From: Candidatus Campbellbacteria bacterium
Lineage (GTDB): Bacteria > Patescibacteriota > Minisyncoccia > Phycocordibacterales > CSBR16-193
Direction: 5' to 3'
Assembly (NCBI GenBank): GCA_007117035.1
Contig: SKHG01000018.1
Coordinates: 1 to 60,179, forward strand
Length of the DNA: 60,179 nt
The translations under genes were made by a program, and so were the position numbers. How positions within the stretch are numbered: the first letter of the stretch is position 1; each line of letters opens with the position of its first letter. The notes below the pieces were generated by a model. It did no database searches, was not told the DNA's origin, and saw nothing but the letters and a program-made list of their open reading frames with translations. Below are positions 7,494 to 18,274 of the stretch, one piece after another.

Positions 7494-9269
7494 ATGAATA
7501 AAGAGAACAGTTTAGGAATCATCACTCGTGTAAGTGGTCCGTTGGTTGAGGCTCGAGGACTCTCAAATGCCAGGATGTATGAAGTGGTCAAGGTCTCAAA
7601 ACACAAACTTCTAGGTGAAATTATAGAACTTAATAATGATAAGGCTTCTATTCAGGTATACGAAGAAACTTCAGGTATTGCTCCTGGTGAACCTGTAGAG
7701 TTAACCGGGCAAACCATGTCAGTTGAATTAGCTCCTGGACTACTTGAATCTATCTACGACGGAATTCAAAGACCGTTAAAAAAAATTGAGGAGATTTCCA
7801 AGAGTCAATATATTACACGCGGAATTGAAACAGATGCTATTGACCTAGAAAGAAAATGGGAATTTAAACCAACCTCTAAAGAACAAACTGAGGTTCAAGG
7901 TGGTGATATTTTAGGTGAGGTACAGGAAACCGAAACTATTACTCACCGAATAATGGTTCCACCAAACATTTCGGGAACTTTAATCTCAGTCAAGTCTAAA
8001 GGAAATTACACAGTTAAAGAACCGATAGCAATTATTAAAACCAAGGATGGAAAAGAAAAAGATATTTCAATGCTACAGTATTGGCCTATTCGAACTCCTC
8101 GACCTAAAAAAGAAAAAATATTCCCTACCGAACCTTTAATTACTGGTGTTCGAATTATCGACAGTCTATTCCCAGTAGCTAAAGGTGGTGCAGCATCGAT
8201 TCCAGGTCCATTTGGTTCGGGTAAAAGCGTAACCCAGCAATCACTAGCAAAGTACTGTGATGCTCAGGTTATTATCTACATAGGTTGTGGTGAACGCGGA
8301 AACGAAATGACTGAGGCTCTAAATGAATTTCCAGAACTACTTGATCCAAACACAGGACAGTCATTAATGAAAAGAACCGTCCTTATTGCCAACACCTCAA
8401 ACATGCCTGTTGCAGCTCGTGAAGCTAGCGTCTACACAGGTATTACTATCGCCGAGTACTACCGAGACATGGGTTACTCCGTAGCCTTGATGGCTGACTC
8501 AACTTCGCGTTGGGCTGAAGCTATGAGAGAAATGTCTGGACGAATGGAGGAGATGCCAGGTGAAGAAGGTTATCCAGCCTATCTGGCTTCTCGAGTCTCA
8601 GAGTTTTATGAAAGAGCGGGTAAAGTAACCTGTATTGGTACTGACGAGAGACAAGGGGCACTTTCTGTAATAGGAGCAGTTTCACCCCCTGGAGGAGATC
8701 TCTCCGAACCAGTTTCTCAAGCCACCTTTAGAGTCACTAAATGTTTTTGGAGTCTAGACGCTTCAATTGCCTACCGAAAGCATTTTCCCGCTATCAACTG
8801 GCTAAACTCATACTCTCTATACATTGATAACATCAAAGATTATTGGGCTAAAAATGTCTCACCAGATTTCTGTCAAATCAGATCTGAAGCTATGGACATT
8901 CTTCAGCAAGAAGCAAAGTTGCTTGAGATTGTTCGGTTAGTTGGAATGGAAGCTCTTTCTGGATATGAAAAACTGATTCTAGAAATCGCCCGATCTATTC
9001 GAGAGGATTTTCTTTTTCAGAACGCTTTTGACCCAGATGATGCTTACACTCCCCTAATAATTCAGTACGAAATTTTGCGTTCAATCATCCACCTCTACCA
9101 CGAACTAAAACCTGAGAGTGAAAACCGGGAAAGAGATTTTTCAGACCTTTCTGGAATTAGTTCATTTGGCAAACTACCTGAACTAAAAAATTACAAAGAA
9201 GTAAAGGAGTTTGAAGATTTTAGAAACATAGTTACAGCTGAGGTTAAATCCTTGCCAGTGATTTCTTAA
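7494..9269 (+). CDS. ntpA: V/A-type ATPase catalytic subunit A
   Basis: GPFGSGKS P-loop, [29 protein letters not shown]; non-homologous insert typical of V-type A; no intein. Confidence 0.97.
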   Translation: MNKENSLGIITRVSGPLVEARGLSNARMYEVVKVSKHKLLGEIIELNNDKASIQVYEETSGIAPGEPVELTGQTMSVELAPGLLESIYDGIQRPLKKIEEISKSQYITRGIETDAIDLERKWEFKPTSKEQTEVQGGDILGEVQETETITHRIMVPPNISGTLISVKSKGNYTVKEPIAIIKTKDGKEKDISMLQYWPIRTPRPKKEKIFPTEPLITGVRIIDSLFPVAKGGAASIPGPFGSGKSVTQQSLAKYCDAQVIIYIGCGERGNEMTEALNEFPELLDPNTGQSLMKRTVLIANTSNMPVAAREASVYTGITIAEYYRDMGYSVALMADSTSRWAEAMREMSGRMEEMPGEEGYPAYLASRVSEFYERAGKVTCIGTDERQGALSVIGAVSPPGGDLSEPVSQATFRVTKCFWSLDASIAYRKHFPAINWLNSYSLYIDNIKDYWAKNVSPDFCQIRSEAMDILQQEAKLLEIVRLVGMEALSGYEKLILEIARSIREDFLFQNAFDPDDAYTPLIIQYEILRSIIHLYHELKPESENRERDFSDLSGISSFGKLPELKNYKEVKEFEDFRNIVTAEVKSLPVIS

Positions 9270-9279
9270 CAATAAAATT

Positions 9280-10707
9280 ATGAAAGAAAGTTCTCAAACA
9301 GAAAACAAAACAAATCTTGTAGATAAGTCATATAAAACTCTAGAATCTATTGCTGGTCCAATCATTATTGTCTCTGGAGTAAAAGGAGTTGGTTATGAAG
9401 AACTGGTAGAGATATCAATTCCAGGCGAAGAACAACCTAGGTTAGGTAAAGTTTTGGATGCACTGGAAGATCGTGCGGTAGTCCAAATGTTCAGCCAAAC
9501 TTCTGGTGCCCAACTAAAAGACTCTAAGGCTCGTTTTAGAGGTGAAATAGAGACTATCGGTCTTTCTAAAAACATTTTAGGTCGAATTTTCTCTGGACAA
9601 GGTAAAGCAATCGATGGAGGTGCAGAAATGGTTGCCGAAACTAGACGACCAATTCAAGGTGCTTCTATAAACCCATGGAGTAGACAGTATCCAGACGACT
9701 TTATTCAGACCGGAATATCTTCTATCGATATTATGAATACCTTAGTTCGTGGACAGAAACTACCAATCTTCTCGGGCTCTGGTCTACCACACGCCAAACT
9801 AGCAGCTCAAATTGCCAGACAAGCTAAAGTAGCTATCAAAGACTCCAACGATGGTTCCTCTGGAAACTTTGCGATTGTCTTTGCAACTATGGGTGTAACG
9901 TTTGACGAGGCAGAATTTTTCCGTAAAGAGTTTGAAGAGACTGGTGCTCTCAAAAGATCGGTGTTGTTTCTGAACACTGCAGCTGACTCTGTAGTTGAAC
10001 GAATTGCTACTCCACGAATGGCTTTGACCACTGCTGAATATCTAGCTTTTGAACACAACATGCATGTCTTGGTTATCATGACCGATATGACCAACTACTG
10101 CGAAGCTTTGCGAGAAGTTTCCTCAGCCAGAAAAGAGGTTCCAGGCAGACGTGGTTACCCAGGATATATGTATACCGACTTAGCTTCACTTTACGAGCGA
10201 GCAGGAAGGGTCAAAGGAAAAGAAGGTACCATTACTCAGATTCCAATACTCTCAATGCCTGATGACGACAAAACTCACCCTATTCCCGATTTAACTGGAT
10301 ACATTACAGAAGGTCAGTTTATTATCTCCCGAGAGCTAAACACCAAAGGTATTTTTCCACCAGTAGATGTTCAAGGTTCACTTTCTAGACTTTGGTCAGC
10401 TGGAGTAGGAGAAGGAAAAACCAGAGAGGATCACTCTGCACTAAAAGATCAGCTGTTTGCTTCTTATGCTGTCGGTAAGGACGCTAGAGATTTGGCTGTA
10501 GTTTTAGGTGAGTCTTCCCTTTCCGAAAGTGATAAAGCACATATGAAATTTGCTGAAGATTTTGAAGGAAAGTTTGTTAAACAAGGAGAAAGAGAAAATC
10601 GTGAAGTTACAGAATCTTTAGACCTAGGCTGGTCTTTACTAAAAATGCTTCCACGGGAATCACTAAAGAGAGTTAAGTCAGATTTAATTGATAAATATCT
10701 AAAATAA
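9280..10707 (+). CDS. ntpB: V/A-type ATPase subunit B
   Basis: [44 protein letters not shown]. Confidence 0.97.
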   Translation: MKESSQTENKTNLVDKSYKTLESIAGPIIIVSGVKGVGYEELVEISIPGEEQPRLGKVLDALEDRAVVQMFSQTSGAQLKDSKARFRGEIETIGLSKNILGRIFSGQGKAIDGGAEMVAETRRPIQGASINPWSRQYPDDFIQTGISSIDIMNTLVRGQKLPIFSGSGLPHAKLAAQIARQAKVAIKDSNDGSSGNFAIVFATMGVTFDEAEFFRKEFEETGALKRSVLFLNTAADSVVERIATPRMALTTAEYLAFEHNMHVLVIMTDMTNYCEALREVSSARKEVPGRRGYPGYMYTDLASLYERAGRVKGKEGTITQIPILSMPDDDKTHPIPDLTGYITEGQFIISRELNTKGIFPPVDVQGSLSRLWSAGVGEGKTREDHSALKDQLFASYAVGKDARDLAVVLGESSLSESDKAHMKFAEDFEGKFVKQGERENREVTESLDLGWSLLKMLPRESLKRVKSDLIDKYLK

Positions 10708-10741
10708 AAATTACACGACTCTATCTTCTGAAAATAATTAT

Positions 10742-11362
10742 ATGCAAAAAGTTAGTCCAACTAGAATTAACCTCCTTTCATTGAAAAAGGAACTGAAAAC
10801 AGCTGAGAAAGGATACAAACTCCTGAAAGACAAAAGGGACGGTTTGATTAAGAAATTTATGGAGATTATCAAAGAGACTCGTGATCTTCGTTCAGAGGTT
10901 GAAGAAGAGATTCCTAGAACATTAGTCTCATACATTCGAGCTTCGGCTTCAATAGCAGAAAAGATTAATGAAGCGGCTTTTTTGGTTCCAAACGCTGAAT
11001 TAGAAATAGATGTCAAAACACGATACATAATGTCAGTTCCAATTCCACATTTTGATATAAAAACAAAAGGTCGTGCTTTTTCCTATGGCTTCCTAGAAAC
11101 TAGTGGAGAGTTAGATAACTCAGTTCAAAGAATTGAAAAAATTCTTCCCAAACTCCTACACCTATCAGAACTAGAAAAGACAGTAGAAAATCTAGCAGAA
11201 GAAATCGAAAGAACTCGTCGTCGCACCAGTGCATTAGAAAATGTTAGGATTCCACAACTTAATGTGTCGATTCGATATATCAGAGAACATCTCGACGAAC
11301 AGGCTCGTGATGCAATAGTTAGCACCATGAGAATCAAAGCTATGATTATGGCAAAAGAATAA
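10742..11362 (+). CDS. ntpD: V/A-type ATPase subunit D (central stalk)
   Basis: PTRINL...KGYKLLKDKRDGL, EIERTRRRTSALE. Confidence 0.93.
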   Translation: MQKVSPTRINLLSLKKELKTAEKGYKLLKDKRDGLIKKFMEIIKETRDLRSEVEEEIPRTLVSYIRASASIAEKINEAAFLVPNAELEIDVKTRYIMSVPIPHFDIKTKGRAFSYGFLETSGELDNSVQRIEKILPKLLHLSELEKTVENLAEEIERTRRRTSALENVRIPQLNVSIRYIREHLDEQARDAIVSTMRIKAMIMAKE

Positions 11363-11367
11363 TTTGC

Positions 11368-12096
11368 TTAGGATATTAATGTTCCTTTAAAAGATCTATT
11401 GTTTAGATAATGTTCAAACTGAGCAAGTTTTTTTCCGTTTATAATTGCAACCTCTATTCCCTCTTTCTCAGCCAACTTTGAAGCAACTGGATCGAAAGGA
11501 CTATTTAATCCCGGGTTCCATTTACCATTAAACATTTTCCTAAAATCTTTCCAGGAAATATCCTTAATTGATTTGGCGTCTGGGTTTTCTCTTGGGTCTT
11601 TATCACACACAAAGTCAATATTACTTAAATTTATAACTTTTTTAGAACCTAACATTCGAGCCAGCATAACCGTATCATAATCAGTACTACAACCCGGCTT
11701 CCAACCCCCAGCAATCATAATTTTTTTTCCTTTTGGAAAAATAACCGTCTCTGAGAGATCGGTTAATATTTTCGTGGCGGTTTTTTTACCAAAAATTGTT
11801 CGGATGAGTTGAGCATTTAAATAGGTGCTATATATTCCAAGCCAGTCTAGTTCAGTAGAAGATATGTGACTAACCTTAGAAGCTGCTTTTTGATATTTTC
11901 GACAAACATCACCACCACCAATCACTAAAACGAATTTCTTACCCTGTGCAACATATCCTAGGATACAGCGCTTGAGTGATAGCAAAAATGAGGTATCGAT
12001 GTTTTCTGGAACAACCAAAGAACCGCCGACAGAGATTATAATTATTTCACCACCATCTTTCTTTTTTTTATGCTTAATCGAATTCTCATTTACCAT
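11368..12096 (-). CDS. pyrH: UMP kinase, archaeal-type
   Basis: ISVGGSLVVP, VIGGG, LDWLGI, GGWKPGCSTDYD, LSNIDFVCDKDP, PFDPVASKLA. Confidence 0.9.
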   Translation of the reverse strand: MVNENSIKHKKKKDGGEIIIISVGGSLVVPENIDTSFLLSLKRCILGYVAQGKKFVLVIGGGDVCRKYQKAASKVSHISSTELDWLGIYSTYLNAQLIRTIFGKKTATKILTDLSETVIFPKGKKIMIAGGWKPGCSTDYDTVMLARMLGSKKVINLSNIDFVCDKDPRENPDAKSIKDISWKDFRKMFNGKWNPGLNSPFDPVASKLAEKEGIEVAIINGKKLAQFEHYLNNRSFKGTLIS

Positions 12097-12287
12097 AGTG
12101 TAATATTTAAATAAATTTATAACAAACACTGCACATCATACTGAAATAAGTAGATAGTGACAAATCGCAAGCTGTGGAAAGATGGGCTCTACAAAATATA
12201 TTTTCTGCTTCCGACAAACTGTCTTTTATGATAAGATACTCGCTGTAATTAAATATAGTCTCGTAAGAGAAATTTAGATAATCAAAA

Positions 12288-12602
12288 ATGACCTACATAA
12301 AAACAATATTAAAAACTGAAAGAGAAGCTCTGTCCATAAAGGAAAAAACTGACAAAAAAGCCAAAACAATTCTTGAGCAAAAAAAGGTTCAGTTGGACAA
12401 AGAACTAGAGGACTTTCAAAAAAATCTATTGGTAGAAAGAGGAGAAGAACTCGCAAACCAAAAAAACCGCCTCAAAAAGATATATACCGAAATTATTGAA
12501 GTTGGTAAAAAGCAAAAAAATAAGATGCAGACTACTCTAAACTCAAACAAGGAGAAGTCTGTTAGTTTTATTTTAGAAAAAATAAATCAGAATAATCAAT
12601 GA
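12288..12602 (+). CDS. V/A-type ATPase peripheral stalk subunit G/H
   Basis: 104-aa charged coiled coil overlapping the start of subunit I (ATGA); canonical first position in the operon. Confidence 0.7.
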   Translation: MTYIKTILKTEREALSIKEKTDKKAKTILEQKKVQLDKELEDFQKNLLVERGEELANQKNRLKKIYTEIIEVGKKQKNKMQTTLNSNKEKSVSFILEKINQNNQ

Positions 12603-14533
12603 GCCTACTAGAGATGACTAAAATTAGACTGGTGACTCACAAAGAAAGTGTCGCCAATACTGTAGAAACACTCCAAAAAATGGGGGTTGTTGAACTAACC
12701 GAAATAAAAGATAAGACTGACTTAAAATCACTAGAAAAAACTGTATTCAATATTGATCACACCTCTAGTCGAGTTGATTTTACTGTTTCCTTTTTATCAC
12801 ATTACGAAAGAGCCCCTTTTTTGAAAAAACTATTTGAAGGAGGACGAACTCAGACAACTGAGAAAGAGATGGAAGAAATTATGAAATCGTTTTATTTCGA
12901 AGACGTTGTAAAAAGAACAACTCAGATAATTGAGTCTATAAATACCTCAAAATCTCGACTAGAAGCACTTCAGGAAGAAGAAAGATTATTACTAAATTGG
13001 ACGAGCTGGGAGACACCCTTGTCATTTCCTACCACCACCGAAGAAACTCGGACTTTATTTGTTGAAGGAAAAGAAGAGGATATTACTTCGGCTGAAGAAG
13101 AGATTGCTGACTATCCAAACTATATCTACCAAAGAGTTTCTAATATTTGCTTAGCAGTCACTTGTTTAAAAGGAGACGAAAAAGCTCTGAAAGAAACCCT
13201 CACATCATACAAGCTCGAAGAAATAAAACTTCCAAAAAGATTAGGGACGGTTACTGATGAACTAGAAAGAATTAGGAAAAGTAAAATTAAGAACTTACGT
13301 CTTTTGGATCTAGCTAAACTAAGAGCAAATAGATTAGCTAGTTTCTTACCAAAACTTCGAGTTGTTAGTGACTATCTTCATTGGAGAAAAGAAAGAAACG
13401 ATATTACTTATCAGGCTTACGGAACCAACTCCTGTTTAATATTTGAGGGCTGGGCACCAAAAAAATCTATAGACGAGATTAGTAACAGATTGGTAAAACT
13501 AGAAGACCTTTCAGCAATCGAGGAGATCGAACCAGAAGACGGAGAAGAACCACCGATTGAGATAAGAAATAACAAACTAGTCGCTCCTTTCGAATCAGTG
13601 ACCAGACTCTACGGTCTTCCAGGTAAAAAAGATCTGGATCCAACACCTTATCTAGCAGGTTTCTTTTTTATATTTTTTGGTATCTGTCTATCAGATGCAG
13701 GTTACGGTTTAGTTTTAACAGGACTGACAGCACTAATTCTTTTAACATACAAAGTAACAGGTGCTACCAAACTTTTCATCCAACTCTTTATGTTGGGAGG
13801 TATTTCATCATTTGTTACAGGACTTTTCTTCGGTGGCTACTTTGGTATCGGGCCTGAATTTTTTCCTACTTGGATAGCAAACTTACAATATTTTGACCCT
13901 GTAGCTAATCCACTACCAGTTTTCTACCTAGCTTTAGGACTAGGTGTCTTTCAGATAGTTTTTGGAATTTGTCTTGATATAGTCAGAAGTCATCGTACCC
14001 AAAATCTAAAAGAAGGTCTTCTGGACAATGTTCCGTGGTTGATTTTCTTTGCTTCTGTTATTCTTTGGGGTGGAAGTACTTTAGAAATAATTACTGGCTC
14101 AGAAAACATATACAGTTCAATAGTTTTGTTATCTCTTGTGATGATTACCTTATCTTCGGGTAGAAAATATCCTAAACTTTGGCAGAAGATATCAATGGGG
14201 ATTTTAGGTCTTTACAGTATTGTTGGTTATCTCTCTGACATACTCTCCTACTCTCGTCTCTTGGCTCTAGGTCTTGCTACTGGCGCACTTGCTTTTTCAG
14301 TCAACCTAATAGCAACTATGGCCTACGAAGCAGTACCGTTTGGTGGTATTGTGGTTATGATTATAATTCTAATAGTAGGACATAGTTTTAATCTTGCGGT
14401 CAATTTGTTAGGATCATTTATTCATACAGCTCGTTTGCAATTCGTTGAATTCTTTGGTAAATTCATTAAAGGAACAGGTAGGAATTTTAAGCCTTTCTAC
14501 CGAGAAGAGAGGAACATAATACTGAAGAAGTAA
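12599..14533 (+). CDS. ntpI: V/A-type ATPase subunit I (a)
   Basis: DPTPYLAGFFFIFFGICLSDAGYG, LSDILSYSRLLALGLA (essential Arg), HTARLQFVEFFGKF. Confidence 0.95.
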   Translation: MSLLEMTKIRLVTHKESVANTVETLQKMGVVELTEIKDKTDLKSLEKTVFNIDHTSSRVDFTVSFLSHYERAPFLKKLFEGGRTQTTEKEMEEIMKSFYFEDVVKRTTQIIESINTSKSRLEALQEEERLLLNWTSWETPLSFPTTTEETRTLFVEGKEEDITSAEEEIADYPNYIYQRVSNICLAVTCLKGDEKALKETLTSYKLEEIKLPKRLGTVTDELERIRKSKIKNLRLLDLAKLRANRLASFLPKLRVVSDYLHWRKERNDITYQAYGTNSCLIFEGWAPKKSIDEISNRLVKLEDLSAIEEIEPEDGEEPPIEIRNNKLVAPFESVTRLYGLPGKKDLDPTPYLAGFFFIFFGICLSDAGYGLVLTGLTALILLTYKVTGATKLFIQLFMLGGISSFVTGLFFGGYFGIGPEFFPTWIANLQYFDPVANPLPVFYLALGLGVFQIVFGICLDIVRSHRTQNLKEGLLDNVPWLIFFASVILWGGSTLEIITGSENIYSSIVLLSLVMITLSSGRKYPKLWQKISMGILGLYSIVGYLSDILSYSRLLALGLATGALAFSVNLIATMAYEAVPFGGIVVMIIILIVGHSFNLAVNLLGSFIHTARLQFVEFFGKFIKGTGRNFKPFYREERNIILKK

Positions 14534-14601
14534 TCCGCGATCAGATCCGCGGGTTTGTTAGTTAAGCTTAATTATTCGTTTATTCAATCAATTATTTAAA
14601 T

Positions 14602-15081
14602 ATGGAAATTATTACAATCGGAACCGCATTAGTTTTTGCAGGAGCAGCAATATCAGCAGCCTTGGGTTTTAGTGGGTCAGCAATCGGAATGGGTTACGCT
14701 GGTCAGGCTGCATCAGGAGTTCTGGGCGAGAAACCAAATCTTTTTGGTAAAATGTTATTGATGCAGGCTTTGCCTGGATCACAAGGTATCTACGGCTTCG
14801 TTGGTGCCTTTTTAATTTTGAACTTTGCTGGTATTTTAGGGGGTGAACCAGGAGTAATTATTGAAACCTCAGTTGGTTGGCAGTATTTAATGGCTGGAAT
14901 TCCAATCGGAGTAGCAGGTTTCTTTTCAGGAATGTTTCAAGGAATGGTTGCTGCATCTGGTATCTCCATGATTGCCAAAGATGAAGCGAATATGGGAAGA
15001 GCTATAATCCTCTCAGTTATGGTTGAGACCTGGGCGATCTTTGGTGTATTGATAAGCTTTATCTTGTTGACATCGATGTAA
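14602..15081 (+). CDS. ntpK: V/A-type ATPase proteolipid subunit K (4-TM, NtpK-like)
   Basis: LPGSQGIYGF, SGMFQG, MVETWAIFG; double hairpin with a single Glu in TM4. Confidence 0.95.
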   Translation: MEIITIGTALVFAGAAISAALGFSGSAIGMGYAGQAASGVLGEKPNLFGKMLLMQALPGSQGIYGFVGAFLILNFAGILGGEPGVIIETSVGWQYLMAGIPIGVAGFFSGMFQGMVAASGISMIAKDEANMGRAIILSVMVETWAIFGVLISFILLTSM

Positions 15082-15095
15082 GAAATTATAAATTT

Positions 15096-15674
15096 ATGTC
15101 TATTGAAGCCATAACAGAAAAATTACTTTCCGAAGCTAAATCAGAAAGTCAGAAAACTCTCAAAGAAGCAGAACTCAAAATATCTCAGCTGGAGAATGAT
15201 TTAGAGGAGAAGAAGAGAGATCTTCTTCTTAAAGAAAAAGAATACAGGTCAGCTAACGAAAAGGAAAATACATCAAGGGTTCAGTCCAAAGCTAGTTGGC
15301 AGGTAGAACAAGAAATTGAGAAATTGAAGCGTGAGGCTCTGGACGAAGTTTTTGAAAAAACTCTAACCAAACTAAACTCTCTCGAAAACAATGAATACAA
15401 AAAAGTCTTAACAAAACTTTTGAAAAAAGTTGAGGTAGATATTTCTCAGAAAATCACTGTCTTTATTCCAAAAAACCGAGAGAAAGAAGTGACAGAAGTT
15501 TTAATTGAAAGGTTCGGCAAAGATCATAAATTTGAAATCAAGACAGACACAAACATTTCAGGTGGAGTAATCATATCTGGATCTGAGTTTGAGTACGATC
15601 TTAGCTTCCCTTCTCTTTTACGAAACATTAAGGGTCATGTCGAGCCAGAGATATCTAAAATTTTATTTTCCTAA
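15096..15674 (+). CDS. ntpE: V/A-type ATPase subunit E
   Basis: N-terminal coiled coil, ISGGVII...YDLSF C-domain, operon position. Confidence 0.85.
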   Translation: MSIEAITEKLLSEAKSESQKTLKEAELKISQLENDLEEKKRDLLLKEKEYRSANEKENTSRVQSKASWQVEQEIEKLKREALDEVFEKTLTKLNSLENNEYKKVLTKLLKKVEVDISQKITVFIPKNREKEVTEVLIERFGKDHKFEIKTDTNISGGVIISGSEFEYDLSFPSLLRNIKGHVEPEISKILFS

Positions 15675-15679
15675 AAATT

Positions 15680-16666
15680 ATGCAAAATGGCTATATATAT
15701 GCCGGTACCAGAGTTAAATCTTTAGAAAATTCGTTACTGAACGACGAACAGGTAGATATGTTACTTGCTGGAAAATCCTTTGAGGATAGTTTTTCCACAC
15801 TACATGGAACATTTCTAGGAAGATATATAGCAAATCGAGACAATAAGGACTTGTCATTAGTTTTAGAAGAAGCCATAAATGACTCCAAAAATCTTTTGTG
15901 TCTGATTTCTCCAGAGAAGGATATTTTGGATATTTTGTGGCTCAAGTATGATTTTTATAATCTAAAGGTAATAATCAAAGGATCTATTGCAGGGCTAAAC
16001 GATGAAGAAATTGAAAAGAACTGTTTTGGGTCAGGAAAATATACCCCGCAAGAACTTCTTGAGCACTATCGAGGAAACACTTTGTCTAGAATAAATATCT
16101 TCCTACAGAAAGCTATGGAACAATCTCGATCCTACGAAGAAGTTTCAGAGATTGATCGAGCAATGAACCTTAACTACTTCGAAGCAATAAAATCTATAGC
16201 GTGGTCTAAGAAAAATAAGTTTGCTAAAGATTATGTAACACTTTTGATAGATATTTTTAACATTCAAGCTAACTTAAGAGCACTTTCTTATGGTGAGGCT
16301 CTAGAGACACCAACAGCTCTTTTTGTATCTGGTGGAAGTCTAAAACAGAGTGATCTGGAAAATAAAGATCGTATCCTAGAAAATATTCACAAAATTGGTG
16401 GAAAGGTTGGGACATGGAAAGAAGCGGTCGAGGATTATAAAAAAACTGGGGATTACGTTATTTTGGAAAGAATTAGTGATAACTATCTTGCAAATTTTCT
16501 TAAAGAAAGTAGTTATGATATTTTTTCTCCCGCTTCCCTTTTCTCATACTTTCACGCCCGAAAAAATAATATCCAATTAATCAGAAGTATACTAGTTGGA
16601 AAACAAACAGGTCTTTCAGAATATGAAATTAGAAAAATGTTAAGAAAACTTTATGGCGGAAAATAA
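15680..16666 (+). CDS. ntpC: V/A-type ATPase subunit C (d)
   Basis: YIYAGTRVKSLENSLL, YDFYNLKVII, IDIFNI, IRKMLRKLY. Confidence 0.88.
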   Translation: MQNGYIYAGTRVKSLENSLLNDEQVDMLLAGKSFEDSFSTLHGTFLGRYIANRDNKDLSLVLEEAINDSKNLLCLISPEKDILDILWLKYDFYNLKVIIKGSIAGLNDEEIEKNCFGSGKYTPQELLEHYRGNTLSRINIFLQKAMEQSRSYEEVSEIDRAMNLNYFEAIKSIAWSKKNKFAKDYVTLLIDIFNIQANLRALSYGEALETPTALFVSGGSLKQSDLENKDRILENIHKIGGKVGTWKEAVEDYKKTGDYVILERISDNYLANFLKESSYDIFSPASLFSYFHARKNNIQLIRSILVGKQTGLSEYEIRKMLRKLYGGK

Positions 16667-16985
16667 AAAATACAGCATTGCAGTGATTGGAGATCGTGAT
16701 GTTATCTCGGGTTTTCGAGCTTTAGGTCTAAAAGTTTTTGCTGTGTCTGAAAACCAATCAGCAACAGAACAGATCATAAAAATTAAAGAAAGTGGAGAGT
16801 TTGCCATTATCTTGATTACAGCCTCTGCAAAAAAAACTGTACCCGAGGACCAGTTTCGTAAACTAACCAGAGAACCTCTTCCTACCATCCTGACAATTCC
16901 AGACATAAAAGAAAGTAACACTGGTAGTATCGAACATCTTAAGGATTTAACAGAAAGAGCAATCGGTTTTGACATCCTAAGTTAA
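16653..16985 (+). CDS. V/A-type ATPase subunit F
   Basis: IAVIGDRDVISGFRALG, FAIILIT, PTILTIP, ERAIGFDIL. Confidence 0.9.
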   Translation: MAENKKYSIAVIGDRDVISGFRALGLKVFAVSENQSATEQIIKIKESGEFAIILITASAKKTVPEDQFRKLTREPLPTILTIPDIKESNTGSIEHLKDLTERAIGFDILS

Positions 16986-17090
16986 TTACGAATTATTTTA
17001 AAAAAGGGGTTGTTATAATTTCAAATTTATATTATTCTTTACTCTGTCCCAAAGTTAAATTAGTTTATGAGGGATAAACAAGAAATCAAT

Positions 17091-17164
17091 GGGCCCGTAG
17101 CTCATCTGGCTAGAGCGCCTCACTTGCACTGAGGAGGTGGCAGGTTCGAGTCCTGTCGGGTCCA
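17091..17164 (+). tRNA. tRNA-Ala(TGC)
   Basis: GGGCCCGTAGCTCATCTGGCTAGAGCGCCTCACTTGCACTGAGGAGGTGGCAGGTTCGAGTCCTGTCGGGTCCA; G3:U70; CCA not encoded. Confidence 0.97.
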
Positions 17165-17174
17165 CCCAAATACA

Positions 17175-17203
17175 CCCCATTACGTCTGTAATAGGGGTTT
17201 TTG
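17175..17203 (+). terminator. Terminator after tRNA-Ala(TGC)
   Basis: CCCCATTAC-GTCT-GTAATAGGGG followed by TTTTT. Confidence 0.75.
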
Positions 17204-17256
17204 TTTAGATGTTATCTAGTAGAATATGAATTTTTGAAAAAATACATCCTCTTGCT

Positions 17257-18231
17257 CTAAAACTTATATCTCAAAGCCAGATCAATTACATGTTCAAAAA
17301 AATCTGGTAGCTCCAAACCAGCTTCTTTTAAGGATAGAGGTAGAAGTGAAGTTGGTGACAGTCCTGGTAGTGAATTTGTCTCCAGAAAAAATATACCTCT
17401 TTCTGGATGAATAATAAAATCAGTCCGAGAGTAGTGTTGGAGGCCCAATGTTTGATGGGCTAACACTGAAGCGTTCTGCATTATTTGAATATCATTAACA
17501 GAAAAATCGCCAGGACATATCTCACGACTTTCTCCACTGTATTTAGCTTGGTAATCAAAAAAATTATGATCCACTGGTGGAATAATCTCTACAGGTGACA
17601 ACGGAAATATATTTTTATTCTGAAAACTCTCTAGAACTCCGCAAGTAGCTTCTCTACCTTCTATATACTCTTCAACCATTACCGAACTAGAGTGTTTAAA
17701 TCCTTCCTTGACAGCTTCTTCTAATTCACCAACAGAGGAAACTACACGAACACCTACAGAGGATCCAGACATTACTGGTTTAACTACAACTGGTAGACCT
17801 AATTGATCCAGAACAGAATTTGGGTCAAAAGGTTCCAAGGAATTGGATGACAAAATCACATTTTTAGCAAAAGATACCATTGGAATTTCCAAATAATTTT
17901 TAGTCAGATATTTATTCATTGAAAGAGCAGCCCCAAAACGACCAGGACCGGTGTAAGGAACACAAGCCTCGTCCAGAATTTTTTGAACACCACCATCTTC
18001 TCCAAAGGTACCGTGGAGAGCATTGAAACAAACATCAACCCTAGAGAGAATACTTTGTGGTGAAAGTACTCTATTATTCAAAGACCACTGACCTTCTTTT
18101 GATATCAGAATATCCATTCCCAAAAAATTCTTTGGCAGATTACTCAAAACAACCTCCCCACTCTTTAGCGAAACCTCGTGCTCATTAGAGGGTCCACCCC
18201 TTAAGACTCCAACCACAATATTAGATTTCAT
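17257..18231 (-). CDS. ddl: D-alanine--D-alanine ligase
   Basis: GGPSNEHEVSLKSG, ALHGTFGEDG, VKPVMSGSSVGV, FDYQAKY (Tyr indicates D-Ala-D-Ala type), ETNSLPG. Confidence 0.95.
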   Translation of the reverse strand: MKSNIVVGVLRGGPSNEHEVSLKSGEVVLSNLPKNFLGMDILISKEGQWSLNNRVLSPQSILSRVDVCFNALHGTFGEDGGVQKILDEACVPYTGPGRFGAALSMNKYLTKNYLEIPMVSFAKNVILSSNSLEPFDPNSVLDQLGLPVVVKPVMSGSSVGVRVVSSVGELEEAVKEGFKHSSSVMVEEYIEGREATCGVLESFQNKNIFPLSPVEIIPPVDHNFFDYQAKYSGESREICPGDFSVNDIQIMQNASVLAHQTLGLQHYSRTDFIIHPERGIFFLETNSLPGLSPTSLLPLSLKEAGLELPDFFEHVIDLALRYKF

Positions 18232-18274
18232 TATTTTTATTATATCAAAACACTTTAGGAACTGCGACCTCAAA

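Noticed and set aside
2137-17164. Two outward-facing tRNA-Ala genes bracketing the SOS/orphan/V-ATPase region as a possible genomic island
   Set aside because: The region abuts the 5' ends of both tRNAs, with no duplicated 3' tRNA fragment and no integrase; codon style looks like the rest of the window
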